Shown: positions 28,269 to 39,001, numbered from the stretch's first letter. The stretch is 64,000 nucleotides of DNA from Bacillales bacterium UBA1188 (GCA_002310135.1 DBYK01000006.1:25195-89194); one strand, 5' to 3'. Program-made: numbers and translations. The notes: generated from the letters alone by a model not told the origin.

Positions 28269-29822
28269 ATGAACGATAACCCACTTGTACTCACATTCGA
28301 TATTGGAACACAATCTACAAGAGGTCTTCTTGTAGATAAGCTAGGCAATATAGTTGATTATGCTCAAATAAAATATATAGAACCATATTTTTCAATAAAA
28401 CCTGACTTCATAGAACAAAAGCCACTATTCTATTACAATGCTCTAATAGATGTCTCAAATATGTTATACAGTAATAACCCAGATAACTATAAGAAAATTA
28501 TCGCAGTGACTATAACTACAATTAGAGATACGGTTTTATGTCTTGATGAGCATAATGAACCATTAAGAGATATTATTATTTGGCTTGATAAGAGGGAGGC
28601 AGATGCCTCAAAACTACCTAAAATCCCTCCTCTTAAACAAGCATTATTCACTCTTGCGGGCGTAAAAGACACAATCGATATGCAACAAAGACAATCCGCA
28701 TGTAACTATATAATGACAGAAGAGAAAAACATTTGGGAAAAGACAAAGAAGTTTGTTCTTCTTCCAACTTATATCAATTATCTTTTAACTGGGGAATTAA
28801 AAGATTCTATAGCTAATCAAATAGGACACATTCCATTCGATTATAAAAATAATAAATGGATGAAAAAGAATGGTCTTACAAGATGCTTGTTTGATGTGCC
28901 ACTAGAGAAATTATGTGATCTTGTTAAACCTGGAGAAATAATAGGTTATATTAAAGAAGATGTTTCAAGATTGTCACATATACCTAAAGGCCTTCCTCTA
29001 ATCGCAACTGGAAGTGATAAGGGGTGTGAAACATTAGGATTATCAGTTATAGATAAAACAAAAGCTTCTGTTTCATTTGGAACTACTGCGACAGTTCAGT
29101 TTGCGACTGATAAATATTTTTCACCTATGCCTAATGTACCTGCCTATCCTGCAGTTATTTATGGCTATTATAATCCTGAAATCCAAATATATAGAGGATT
29201 TTGGATGCTTTCATGGTTTATAAAAGAATTCGCTAAAGAAGAAAGCGAAATAGCGAAAGCTGAAGGTGTAATCACTGAAGTTGTATTAAACAGGTATTTA
29301 AAAGATGTGCCTTGTGGTTCTGATGGTTTAGTTCTTGAACCATTCTGGAGCCCTGGAGTTTCAAACCCAAACGCTAGAGGCACAATAATAGGATTTAAAG
29401 ATATCCACACAAAGAAACATCTTTATAGAGCTATCATTGAAGGAATCGGATATGGGCTTTATGAAGGCCTCCTCACAATGGAAAAGAGATCTAAGCAAAC
29501 AATTAAAGAAGTGTTTGCTGGGGGAGGAGGTAGTATGAGCGATGAAATCTGCCAAATCATGTCTGATATATTTAACCTACCTCTTAAGAGAATTCAAACA
29601 CATGAAGCATGTGGACTTGGTTCATCAATAATAGCGTTTAAAGAAATGGGAATATATAATTCTTATGATGAGGCAATTAAAAATATGGTTAGAGTAAGTA
29701 AAGTATTTAATCCAGATGCTAAAAAACACGAAATCTACTATAATATCTACTCAAATGTTTATTCTAAAATGGAAAAAAGGCTTTATCCACTTAATAAGAA
29801 ATTGAAGGAGGTAAAAATATAG
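28269..29822 (+). CDS. FGGY-family carbohydrate/glycerol kinase
   Basis: FDIGTQSTR, IIWLDKR, GSDKGCE, SFGTTA, YRAIIEG, GGGS. Confidence 0.9.
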   Translation: MNDNPLVLTFDIGTQSTRGLLVDKLGNIVDYAQIKYIEPYFSIKPDFIEQKPLFYYNALIDVSNMLYSNNPDNYKKIIAVTITTIRDTVLCLDEHNEPLRDIIIWLDKREADASKLPKIPPLKQALFTLAGVKDTIDMQQRQSACNYIMTEEKNIWEKTKKFVLLPTYINYLLTGELKDSIANQIGHIPFDYKNNKWMKKNGLTRCLFDVPLEKLCDLVKPGEIIGYIKEDVSRLSHIPKGLPLIATGSDKGCETLGLSVIDKTKASVSFGTTATVQFATDKYFSPMPNVPAYPAVIYGYYNPEIQIYRGFWMLSWFIKEFAKEESEIAKAEGVITEVVLNRYLKDVPCGSDGLVLEPFWSPGVSNPNARGTIIGFKDIHTKKHLYRAIIEGIGYGLYEGLLTMEKRSKQTIKEVFAGGGGSMSDEICQIMSDIFNLPLKRIQTHEACGLGSSIIAFKEMGIYNSYDEAIKNMVRVSKVFNPDAKKHEIYYNIYSNVYSKMEKRLYPLNKKLKEVKI

Positions 29823-31543
29823 TGAAACCATATAAAGGTTTTGAACCTAAATGGGTTAAGGAAGAAGCGCCTAAAAATAGCCTAAGATCTATTTATAGGT
29901 GGGGAGATCCAAAATTTGTTAAATATCCTAAAGAATCTCTTTATAATCTTATGAAGAAAGAGTTTGATTTAAAAGATGAAGATTTTAAAGATTATAAAGG
30001 AACAATAGGGTTCGAAGAAGTTAAAGATTTAAGAAAACCAAACATAGACAAAATTCACATAGATAACTTAACTAAGATTGTTGGAAAAGATAACATATCT
30101 TTAGAAGATTACGATAGATTACAAGTCTCATATGGTAAAACTGCATATGACATCATGAGAATGAGAGAACATAAATTTGATTCTCTTCCAGATGTAGTTT
30201 TATATCCAAGTAGTACCAAAGAAATTGAAGAAATTGTAAATTATGCAACTAAAGAAAAAATACCACTATATGTCTATGGTGGAGGTTCAAGTGTCACAAG
30301 AGGAGTTGAACCTACTCTTGGTGGAATATCGCTAGATTTACGCAAAAACTATAATAAAGTTATATCGTTTAATGAGATAGACCAAACCATTACTGTTGAA
30401 TCAGGAATGAGCGGACCTAAACTAGAAGAAACTTTAAATAATGCGATTAAATTATTTAACGCAAAGAGAAATTATACCTGTGGTCATTTCCCACAGTCTT
30501 TTGAATATTCAAGTGTTGGTGGATGGGTTGTGACACGTGGGGCAGGTCAAAATTCAACATACTATGGTAAAATTGAAGACCTAGTAACTAAACAAGTTTA
30601 CGCAACCCCAATAGGCACTATTAAAACATCCCCATACCCAAGAGAAGCTACTGGTCCATCTTTAAATCAAATAATGATAGGAAGTGAAGGTACATTTGGA
30701 GTATTGTGTGAAGTAACTTTAAGAATATTTAGGTTTATGCCTGAAAATAGAAAGCGATTCTCCTTTATGTTTAAGAACTGGGAGACTGCGATGGATGCCG
30801 CAAGAGAAATGATGCAGAAAGAATGTGGTTTTTCTTCTGTCTTTAGGTTAAGTGATCAAGAAGAAACATCTTTAATGATGAGATTATATAACGTTGATGA
30901 TACTCCACTTGAAGGAATAATGAATGCCTTAGGATATAAAGATATGGAAAGATGTCTATTCTTAGGATTCACAGACGGTGAAAAAGGGTATTCAAAAAAT
31001 GTTTATAAAAATATTAAAAGAATCGCAAGAAAATATAAAGGTTTAAGTCTCACTGGTTATGTATGTAAATCATGGGAAAAAGGAAGGTTCACAGATCCTT
31101 ATTTAAGAGATACACTTATGGACTTCGGTATAGTAACCGATACAATGGAATGCAGTGTGAATTGGTCTAATATGGAAGATGTTCACTTGAGTGTTAGAGA
31201 AGTATGCAAAAAACACCCGCACACTGTAGTCACAACACATATGTCACATTGTTATCCACAAGGCGCAAACCTCTACTTCATCTTTATCACTCCTATGACA
31301 GATAGTGAAGAATTTAGAAAATACCATGCATCAATTCTAGATGCAATTCTAAGAAGTGGTGCCGCTATATCACACCATCATGGAATTGGTAAATTCTTTG
31401 GCCCATGGCTTAAGAGCTATACTGGAGAAAAAGAATTTGGTGTATATAGAGCATTAAAAGATTATTTTGATAAAGACTATATGATGAATCCAGGTGGAAC
31501 ACTTGGACTTGACCTAAGCGAAGATAGTAGACATCATAAATAA
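29822..31543 (+). CDS. FAD-binding oxidoreductase, alkyl-dihydroxyacetonephosphate synthase-like
   Basis: YGGGSSV, GHFPQSFEYSSVGGWVVTRGAGQNSTYYGKIEDLV, GSEGTFG, GANLYFIF, HHHGIGK. Confidence 0.85.
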   Translation: MKPYKGFEPKWVKEEAPKNSLRSIYRWGDPKFVKYPKESLYNLMKKEFDLKDEDFKDYKGTIGFEEVKDLRKPNIDKIHIDNLTKIVGKDNISLEDYDRLQVSYGKTAYDIMRMREHKFDSLPDVVLYPSSTKEIEEIVNYATKEKIPLYVYGGGSSVTRGVEPTLGGISLDLRKNYNKVISFNEIDQTITVESGMSGPKLEETLNNAIKLFNAKRNYTCGHFPQSFEYSSVGGWVVTRGAGQNSTYYGKIEDLVTKQVYATPIGTIKTSPYPREATGPSLNQIMIGSEGTFGVLCEVTLRIFRFMPENRKRFSFMFKNWETAMDAAREMMQKECGFSSVFRLSDQEETSLMMRLYNVDDTPLEGIMNALGYKDMERCLFLGFTDGEKGYSKNVYKNIKRIARKYKGLSLTGYVCKSWEKGRFTDPYLRDTLMDFGIVTDTMECSVNWSNMEDVHLSVREVCKKHPHTVVTTHMSHCYPQGANLYFIFITPMTDSEEFRKYHASILDAILRSGAAISHHHGIGKFFGPWLKSYTGEKEFGVYRALKDYFDKDYMMNPGGTLGLDLSEDSRHHK

Positions 31544-31551
31544 TTTAAACT

Positions 31552-31585
31552 AAGAAGAAATAGAAAAAATATTTCTTCTTTTTTT
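31552..31585 (+). terminator. Intrinsic terminator of the five-gene operon
   Basis: AAGAAGAAATA/TATTTCTTCTT with a T-run. Confidence 0.65.
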
Positions 31586-31697
31586 ATTTTTATTTAACTA
31601 ATGTGTCCTTTATTTCAAATAAAAAAATGATTAATAATATTGCTTGTGAGCGCTTTAAAAATGGTGTAATATTAGATTATGAATTAAGGAGAATTAT

Positions 31698-33371
31698 ATG
31701 CTTCAAAGATTAGTTGTTTCAAATTTTGCAATAATAGAAAATATAGATATTTCATTTAAGAATGGGCTTACTGTTTTAACCGGTGAAACTGGAGCTGGTA
31801 AAAGCTTAATAATAGATTCTTTGAGTTTATTACTTGGAGAAAGAGCTCAAGTTGAACTAATTAGAACTGGATTTGATAAAGCTGAAATAATCGGTTATTT
31901 TTCTATAAATAATAAAAGACTTCTTTCACTTCTTGATTCTCTAAATATCCCATCAATTGATTCAACTATTGAAATAGATAGAGTAATAAGCACAAATAAA
32001 TCATATATTAAAATCAATGGTGTGACAGTTACTTTAAGCGATTTAAAGAAAATCAGTAAATATCTTGCGGATATTCATATGCAATTCGATTCACAAAAGA
32101 TATTAAATCCAGAAAATTACATAGAAATAATTGATGGTTTTAAATATGATTTAGTTAAAGAATATGAAAATAATTATATTTCTTCTCTTTCTATTTTTAA
32201 AGATAAACTTAAAATCTACAATGATACAATTAAAAAAGCTAAAGAGATTAAAGAGAAAAAAGATATATATGAATATCATTTAAAAGAATTAACTGATGCA
32301 GATTTAAAAGAAAACGAAGAAAATGAGTTACAAAACAAAATTGATTATCTTAAAAATTATGACAAAATTTACAACATTCTAGAAGAGACAAATTCACTTA
32401 TTCATGAAGATTTCTTAGATAAACTGTATGAGGTTAAAGAAAATATATTATCTTTAAGCAAATTTTTAAAAGAGTACTCTACAAAATATAACGCCCTTAA
32501 TGATTATTATTATGAAATTGAAAATATATTTGATGAAATCAAAAAAGATTATAATAACTTAGATTATAATCCAAATGAACTCAATAATTATGAAACAAGA
32601 TTAAATGATTTAGATAATTTAAAGAAAAAATATAAGATGTCTTTAAACGAACTTATCAGTTATGTTAATTCACTTAAGGAGATGCTTAATATCGATGAAA
32701 ATTATGATGATTTAATTGAAGAATTAAAAAGTGAAGTTAAGATTTCATATGATAATACTTATGAAAAAGGTTTAGAACTATCTAAGATAAGAAAAGAAAT
32801 CGCAAAATCTATAGAAAAAGAGCTTGAAAAGAATATGCTTGATTTATCACTTAAAGCTAGATTCAAAGTATTAGTTAATACGTATGAAAAGGAAAAAGAT
32901 TTAAGTGGCTCAATATTTAATAATAACGGAATAGATGAAATAGAGTTCTTAATTGAAACGAACATAGGAGAAGGATTAAAGAGTCTATCTAAAACAATTT
33001 CTGGTGGTGAAACTTCAAGAATAATGTTGGCTCTTAAAGCACTATTTATTAAATCTGAAAAAATATCTACTGTGATATTTGATGAAATAGATACTGGTAT
33101 TAGTGGTGAAATTGCAAGAAAGGTCGCAGAGAAGATATATGAAATATCTTTATCAACTCAAGTAATTGCGATTACCCACTTACCACAAGTTGCGTCCTTC
33201 AGTAATAATAGTCTAAAGATTAGTAAACAAGTGAAAAATGGTAGAACGTATACCAATATCAAAGAATTGTCATTAGATGAAAAAATATATGAAATCGCAT
33301 CTATGATAAGCGGTGGTAAAGTCACAGAGAACCAAATCGAATACGCCAAAGAAATGGTAATGATGAAATAA
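31698..33371 (+). CDS. recN: DNA repair protein RecN
   Basis: TGETGAGKS, coiled coil, ISGGETSR, FDEIDTGISG, ITHLPQVA. Confidence 0.95.
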   Translation: MLQRLVVSNFAIIENIDISFKNGLTVLTGETGAGKSLIIDSLSLLLGERAQVELIRTGFDKAEIIGYFSINNKRLLSLLDSLNIPSIDSTIEIDRVISTNKSYIKINGVTVTLSDLKKISKYLADIHMQFDSQKILNPENYIEIIDGFKYDLVKEYENNYISSLSIFKDKLKIYNDTIKKAKEIKEKKDIYEYHLKELTDADLKENEENELQNKIDYLKNYDKIYNILEETNSLIHEDFLDKLYEVKENILSLSKFLKEYSTKYNALNDYYYEIENIFDEIKKDYNNLDYNPNELNNYETRLNDLDNLKKKYKMSLNELISYVNSLKEMLNIDENYDDLIEELKSEVKISYDNTYEKGLELSKIRKEIAKSIEKELEKNMLDLSLKARFKVLVNTYEKEKDLSGSIFNNNGIDEIEFLIETNIGEGLKSLSKTISGGETSRIMLALKALFIKSEKISTVIFDEIDTGISGEIARKVAEKIYEISLSTQVIAITHLPQVASFSNNSLKISKQVKNGRTYTNIKELSLDEKIYEIASMISGGKVTENQIEYAKEMVMMK

Positions 33372-33400
33372 AATAATCGAGGAGTTTCCTCGATTATTTT
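33370..33400. terminator. Bidirectional terminator
   Basis: AAAATAATCGAGGA-GTT-TCCTCGATTATTTT between convergent genes. Confidence 0.8.
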
Positions 33401-34878
33401 ATATATTCTTCTATTTTCTCTAAATTTAATTTCTTATACTTCTTTAAGAATATATATAGTTTTTCAACTATTCCTTTAACTCCACCTTTTATATCGCTTT
33501 CAACATTTAGTGGCATTATTGGGTCATGTAGGCTCATTCTTAATAAGAACCAGCCTTCTTCTTCTTTAAGGTGAGCTCTTACACCTTCATAATTTGGTTT
33601 TTCTAAAATAAAATCATTATTTTTAGAATATTCTATTAAATCATCTATGATAGACAAACCATATTCTTTGAAATTTGATGGGTCTTTAAAACTAATTCTA
33701 AATTCACAAGATTCTTCTGGAGTTTTAAGATCTTTTATTAAATCTCTTAATTTAAGATCTTTTTCTTTTAATAAAGCCATTTGAATTAGTAATCTTGTGA
33801 TAAGGTAGGCTCCATCATCTAAAAAATAGTTTTCCATTAAAGCTGCGTGTCCACTAGTTTCTATCGCAAGAGGAGTATATAATCCTTTTTCATTTAATTC
33901 AATTGCCTTATTAATAACGTTTTTGTATCCTCTTTTATATCTATAATGAACTCCTCCATTTGCTTCTATAAACTTTTTTAAGCCATCACTGGTAATAGAA
34001 TCAGTAACGATATATCCTTTCTTTTCATCTAATAATATTTTAGATATAAGGGCAATTAGTTTGTTTCTATTTATTTCATTTCCAAGATCATCTACAGCCC
34101 CCACTCTATCAACATCTGTATCAAATATGATGCCTAAATCAGCTTTGGCTTCTATAACCTTTTTTTGAATAGATTTCATAGCGTCTTTATCTTCAGGGTT
34201 TGGGATATGGTTTTTAAAATATCCATCAGGTTCTAAAAATTGACTATCACTCACATCTGCGCCAAGTGGAGATAATACATCATATGCATAAAAACCTCCT
34301 GCCCCACCTCCAGCATCTACCACAATCTTGAAACCTTCAAGCGGCTTTTCTTTTCCAGTTTTTTCTTTTATGAAATTTCTTAAAGATTCGCTATAAATCT
34401 TCATAAAATCAAATTCTTCAATTGAGCCTTTTCCTTCTATGGATTTAGATTCTTTTGCGTAATTTAAAACTTTTGTGATATCATCACCTTCAAGTCCGCC
34501 TTCTTGAGTGAAGAATTTTAATCCATTCCTATCATATGGAAGGTGAGATGCGGTAATCTCTATTCCTGCATCGCAACCTATTAATTTTGTGGTCATAAAC
34601 ATACTAGGAGTTGTGGATAGATGACATCTAATAACTTTAGCGCCAGATGAAAGAAGCGCTTTTATAGATGCTTCTTCTATTCGCTTTGCGCTTATTCTTG
34701 AATCATATCCTATAGAAATTTTTAAATTAGACTTGCCTGTTTTTTCTTTCAACCAATAATAAAAGGCTTTTATAATTTTTTCTACTACTTCATCTTGAAG
34801 TTCATATGAGGAACCATCTTTTGATACTGCAGTGCCTCTAATATCACTTCCATTTTTTAATTTCATTAAATCTAACAT
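33394..34878 (-). CDS. Phosphomannomutase/phosphoglucomutase
   Basis: GSDIRG, ITASHLP, FDTDVDR, IETSGH. Confidence 0.93.
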   Translation of the reverse strand: MLDLMKLKNGSDIRGTAVSKDGSSYELQDEVVEKIIKAFYYWLKEKTGKSNLKISIGYDSRISAKRIEEASIKALLSSGAKVIRCHLSTTPSMFMTTKLIGCDAGIEITASHLPYDRNGLKFFTQEGGLEGDDITKVLNYAKESKSIEGKGSIEEFDFMKIYSESLRNFIKEKTGKEKPLEGFKIVVDAGGGAGGFYAYDVLSPLGADVSDSQFLEPDGYFKNHIPNPEDKDAMKSIQKKVIEAKADLGIIFDTDVDRVGAVDDLGNEINRNKLIALISKILLDEKKGYIVTDSITSDGLKKFIEANGGVHYRYKRGYKNVINKAIELNEKGLYTPLAIETSGHAALMENYFLDDGAYLITRLLIQMALLKEKDLKLRDLIKDLKTPEESCEFRISFKDPSNFKEYGLSIIDDLIEYSKNNDFILEKPNYEGVRAHLKEEEGWFLLRMSLHDPIMPLNVESDIKGGVKGIVEKLYIFLKKYKKLNLEKIEEYIK

Positions 34879-34921
34879 AATAATAACTCCTATATCTTAT
34901 TATATAAGATTTTATTGAAAA

Positions 34922-34959
34922 TAAAAATATCTCCAAGCGAATAAGCCTTGGAGATATTT
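34922..34959 (-). terminator. Intrinsic terminator after the MFS gene
   Basis: AAATATCTCCAAG/CTTGGAGATATTT. Confidence 0.75.
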
Positions 34960-34973
34960 AATTATTCAAATTT

Positions 34974-36647
34974 TTAGTCGTCTTCTGCGCCCGCTAAAGC
35001 TTCAATATTTGAAACTGGGATTGGTTTAGCATCACCATGTTTAACGAATAACATTGTGAAGAGGGCACAAATTGAAAATAGGCAACAATATGGGAAGAGG
35101 GCAGTCATACCAAACATATCCATCATCATACCTGAGAAGATAGGAGTTGCGATTTGAGCGGCCATAGATGCAGTGTAATAATATCCAGTATATCTTCCGA
35201 CATCTGCGCCTTTACACATTTCAACAACCATAGGGAATGAGTTAACATTGATTGTAGCCCATCCTATACCCGCAAGAGCCATAACTGCATATGTTAAAGC
35301 CGCACTCTTTTCTGTTAAGAAAGCACCAATCAAGAACGCAGCAAATAGAATGCATATACCTATAATTATTGTTTTCTTTCTTCCTAATTTAGAAGAAATA
35401 AGACCAATTGGAATATATGATATGATAGCTGCAGCTTGAGCAACTATTAATTGAACTGAATATGATGTATTGAGCACATTTGTTGCATAAACACTGAATT
35501 TAGAAGTTGCAGCATTATAAGCGAAGAACCAAAGAACAATAGATGCAAGAATTAAGCCAAATGATTTTCTAACATCTTTAGGCATTCTTTCTTCACCGCT
35601 TTCACTCTTCGCAGCTTTACCTAAATCTTCTACAGATTCAGCTTCTTCTTCTAATATGCCATATTCTTTTTCAAGAGCAATTCTTTCTTGAACAAGTTTA
35701 GGCTCTTTAACTAGAATGATGAATAATACTAAGAATACAATCATTAAAATAGACAATACAACGAATGACCAAATATGAGGTTTATAATCTGAATCAAGGA
35801 AAGTTAAGAATCCAAGAGCGATTACACCACCTACTGATCCTGCGAGATTGATAACTGCGTTAGCTTTACTTCTTAGTGGTTTTGGTGTAACATCTGGCAT
35901 TAACGCTACCGCAGGACTTCTGTATGACCCCATTGCGACTAGTACAATGCATAAAATTATCATAAATCCTATAAAGTATCCAATGTTTGCGCCTCTTACA
36001 TCCTGTGCTAAGAAACTTCTAGCATCAGATGCCAAAACTTTTTCACCATATACTTTAGTTTCTCCACCATTAGTAAAGCAGTATACTTTATCTCCGACTT
36101 TGAATTCTTTTTCAGAATTGATTGTTTCTTTTTCTGTACGAGATATAATGTTTTTGAATGATTCAACTATATCCCAATCTCCACTCTTCTTTTCAACAAG
36201 AACATCATGTTCTCTATACACTCCATCAACATCCGCTAAAACATATGTTTTATAGAGTTCATCAGTTTCTTTAGGAGTATAGTCGCTACTTTCAACTACG
36301 CATGTGTAAACTGGTTCAATATTTGCATCTTTGATTTTGTTATCTTGAAGTTGAGTGAACATACCAACTAACAAGAATACGCAAGCAGCCACAACTGTAC
36401 CAATTACGATAAATGGCGTTCTTCTTCCGTATTTAGTTGATGTCTTATCAGAGATAACTCCAAACACAGGGATTAAGAATAGAGCAACAACATTATCAAT
36501 CGCAAGGACAACGCCGCTCCATGTTTGGTTCAAACCAAATGAATTGACAAGTACTCTCGCAAGAACTGTGTCGTAGACTTGCCAAAACATGCAAATGATT
36601 AAAAATGCAAAACCAACAAATATGGTTTTCTTATAATCAAGTTTCAT
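34974..36647 (-). CDS. MFS sugar transporter (GPH/SLC45-like) with a large loop insertion
   Basis: SDKTSTKYGRRTPF, RSPAVALMPD, KLGRKK, GRYTGYYY; about 12 TM helices. Confidence 0.88.
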   Translation of the reverse strand: MKLDYKKTIFVGFAFLIICMFWQVYDTVLARVLVNSFGLNQTWSGVVLAIDNVVALFLIPVFGVISDKTSTKYGRRTPFIVIGTVVAACVFLLVGMFTQLQDNKIKDANIEPVYTCVVESSDYTPKETDELYKTYVLADVDGVYREHDVLVEKKSGDWDIVESFKNIISRTEKETINSEKEFKVGDKVYCFTNGGETKVYGEKVLASDARSFLAQDVRGANIGYFIGFMIILCIVLVAMGSYRSPAVALMPDVTPKPLRSKANAVINLAGSVGGVIALGFLTFLDSDYKPHIWSFVVLSILMIVFLVLFIILVKEPKLVQERIALEKEYGILEEEAESVEDLGKAAKSESGEERMPKDVRKSFGLILASIVLWFFAYNAATSKFSVYATNVLNTSYSVQLIVAQAAAIISYIPIGLISSKLGRKKTIIIGICILFAAFLIGAFLTEKSAALTYAVMALAGIGWATINVNSFPMVVEMCKGADVGRYTGYYYTASMAAQIATPIFSGMMMDMFGMTALFPYCCLFSICALFTMLFVKHGDAKPIPVSNIEALAGAEDD

Positions 36648-36807
36648 ATTTTCCTCTCTTTTATTTAATTATCTTAAGTTTGTCTAAATATATTTTACTA
36701 TAAATGTTGTTTATAATAAAATAAAATTAAGAATCTTTAGAAAAGTCATTGAAAAATAGTAAACAAAAGATTTAAATATATCTATATCTATAGGGGGTAC
36801 ATAAAAT

Positions 36808-38154
36808 ATGTATAAAAGTAAATACTTAAATGAATTATTTGATGGTGTTAAAACTAAATATTCAAATGAACCAGAATTTATTCAAGCAGTTGAAGAATTT
36901 TTTGATTCAATGGATTTCTTAGTTGAAAAAGATCCAAACATTGAAAAGAGCGCAGTATTAGAAAGACTCATTGTTCCAGAAAGAATTATTCAATTTAGAG
37001 TTCCGTGGGTAGATGATAATGGAAAAATTCAAGTTAATACAGGTTATAGAGTACAATTCAATTCAGCTATAGGTCCATATAAAGGTGGGATGAGATTTGA
37101 TAAAAGTGTTAACTTATCTGTATTAAAATTCTTGGGTTTCGAACAAACCTTTAAAAATAGTTTAACTGGATTGCCTATGGGTGGAGGTAAAGGTGGAAGT
37201 GATTTTGACCCTAAGAATAAATCAGATGCTGAAGTTATGAGATTTTGTCAATCTTTCATGAGTGAATTCTATCATTTCATAGGTCCAGATATGGATGTTC
37301 CTGCTGGAGATTTAGGCTTTGGCGCAAGAGAAATAGGCTATATGGTAGGAGAATATAAGAAATTAACACATAAATGGGGTAGGGTTTTCACAGGTAAAGG
37401 AATGTCTTATGGTGGATCACTTGCAAGACCTGAATCTACTGGTTATGGATTATGTTATTTCGTTGAAGAAATGCTTAAAACTTATAAAAACACAGATTTC
37501 AAAGGAAAGAAAGTTATCATCTCTGGTAAAGGCAAAGTATCAATTATGGCATTAAAGAAAGCTGTTGAACTAGGCGCTATAGTTGTTGGAATGAGCGATA
37601 CTTCTGGTTATATTGGTAGTGATAAAGCTCTTGATTATGATGAAATATATTCAATAGCGAATAATAGAGGAAATCTTGAAAAAGAATATATTAAAAAACA
37701 CAGCGATGTTAAACATAGTTCAAATCCAAATGATCTTTGGAAAATTAAATGTGATATCGCCCTTCCTTGTGCAACACAAGCTGAAATTAGCATTATAAAT
37801 GCTAAAGAATTAAAAGAAAATGGATGCTATTTAGTTGCTGAAGGAGCAAATATGCCATGCAATATTGATGCAATTAGATATTTCAACGAAAACGGAGTGC
37901 TCTTTGCGCCAGGTAAAGCGTCTAATGCTGGTGGTGTTGCTGTATCAGGCCTTGAAATGTCTCAAAATGCAATGCATCTCACTTGGACATTTGAAGAAGT
38001 TGATAGTAAGCTTAAAGATATTATGGTTAATATATTTAATGAATGTTATAAAAAAGCAAAAGAATTTAATGTTCCAACAAATTTAGCTCTTGGAGCAAAT
38101 ATAAGTGGATTTTTAAAAGTCTATGATGCAATGATACAAGAGGGCGTTATATAA
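36808..38154 (+). CDS. gdhA: NADP-specific glutamate dehydrogenase
   Basis: GPYKGGMRF, GLPMGGGKGG, DVPAGD, ALPCATQ, EGANMP, GKASNAGGV. Confidence 0.93.
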   Translation: MYKSKYLNELFDGVKTKYSNEPEFIQAVEEFFDSMDFLVEKDPNIEKSAVLERLIVPERIIQFRVPWVDDNGKIQVNTGYRVQFNSAIGPYKGGMRFDKSVNLSVLKFLGFEQTFKNSLTGLPMGGGKGGSDFDPKNKSDAEVMRFCQSFMSEFYHFIGPDMDVPAGDLGFGAREIGYMVGEYKKLTHKWGRVFTGKGMSYGGSLARPESTGYGLCYFVEEMLKTYKNTDFKGKKVIISGKGKVSIMALKKAVELGAIVVGMSDTSGYIGSDKALDYDEIYSIANNRGNLEKEYIKKHSDVKHSSNPNDLWKIKCDIALPCATQAEISIINAKELKENGCYLVAEGANMPCNIDAIRYFNENGVLFAPGKASNAGGVAVSGLEMSQNAMHLTWTFEEVDSKLKDIMVNIFNECYKKAKEFNVPTNLALGANISGFLKVYDAMIQEGVI

Positions 38155-38247
38155 AATAAGGTTTTTTATAAATTATTTGTCATCTTCTTCTATCGTCATA
38201 TTTTTAATCAAATAAAAAAAATATTAAAACTTCTTAAGAAGATACAT

Positions 38248-38275
38248 TGACAAATCGTTTTTAATTATCTATAAT
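38248..38275 (+). promoter_or_regulatory. Putative sigma-70 promoter of the TetR gene
   Basis: TTGACA-N16-TATAAT. Confidence 0.65.
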
Positions 38276-38326
38276 CTTAAGTAGTAAAAAATATTTAATT
38301 GTGTCAAATTTAAGGGGGCAATTATT

Positions 38327-38839
38327 ATGCCGAAACAAGTGTTTTATAAAATATCGAAAGATAGGCAAATGAAGTTAATAAAACCTGCGCTCAAGGAATT
38401 TGTGAAAAAACCATATGAAAAAATTACCGTTCAAAGTTTAACGGCTACAATGAAAATATTAAGAACCGATTTTTATTACTACTTCCTTGATAAAGACGAT
38501 ATCTATAATGGTGTTCTAGAAAACTTTCAAGAACTAGTAAAGAAAACTAAGGAAGATGCAAATCTTCAAGAAGCTTTAGAAATCTTATTTGAAAATTTAA
38601 TTCAAAACGAAAGTCCTAGATTCCGCCAATACTTAATAGAATTAACTGATAGTTATAATCCTCAGTTTGCAATAGAATTATCAAATAGACTAAGAAAGAT
38701 GTTTGGTTGTCAGTGTGAAGGAGACATTCCTCCTGTAAAAGCAAGAATGAAGATATATCGTTTCTTAACTGTATTAAATCTTTATGAAAAAGGTGAACTA
38801 AAGTTAGAAAGCGCAAGAGAGCTTATCTATAAGAAATAA
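38327..38839 (+). CDS. TetR/AcrR-family transcriptional regulator
   Basis: MPKQVFYKI..ALKEF..YEKITV..ILRTDFYYYFLDKDDIY HTH. Confidence 0.85.
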   Translation: MPKQVFYKISKDRQMKLIKPALKEFVKKPYEKITVQSLTATMKILRTDFYYYFLDKDDIYNGVLENFQELVKKTKEDANLQEALEILFENLIQNESPRFRQYLIELTDSYNPQFAIELSNRLRKMFGCQCEGDIPPVKARMKIYRFLTVLNLYEKGELKLESARELIYKK

Positions 38840-38845
38840 TCACTT

Positions 38846-38878
38846 AAAATCCTATCGTGTGAACGGTAGGATTTTTTT
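38846..38878 (+). terminator. Intrinsic terminator after TetR
   Basis: AAAATCCTATCGT/ACGGTAGGATTTT with a T-run. Confidence 0.8.
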
Positions 38879-39001
38879 ATCTAAATAATTAATAATGTGT
38901 CATATACATATGTGCATTCACTTTTTCTTTGATATTTATAAAAATATAATATATAATATTTTTTGGATATAGATATTTTTAAAAATAAGGAGAAAAGTTT
39001 G

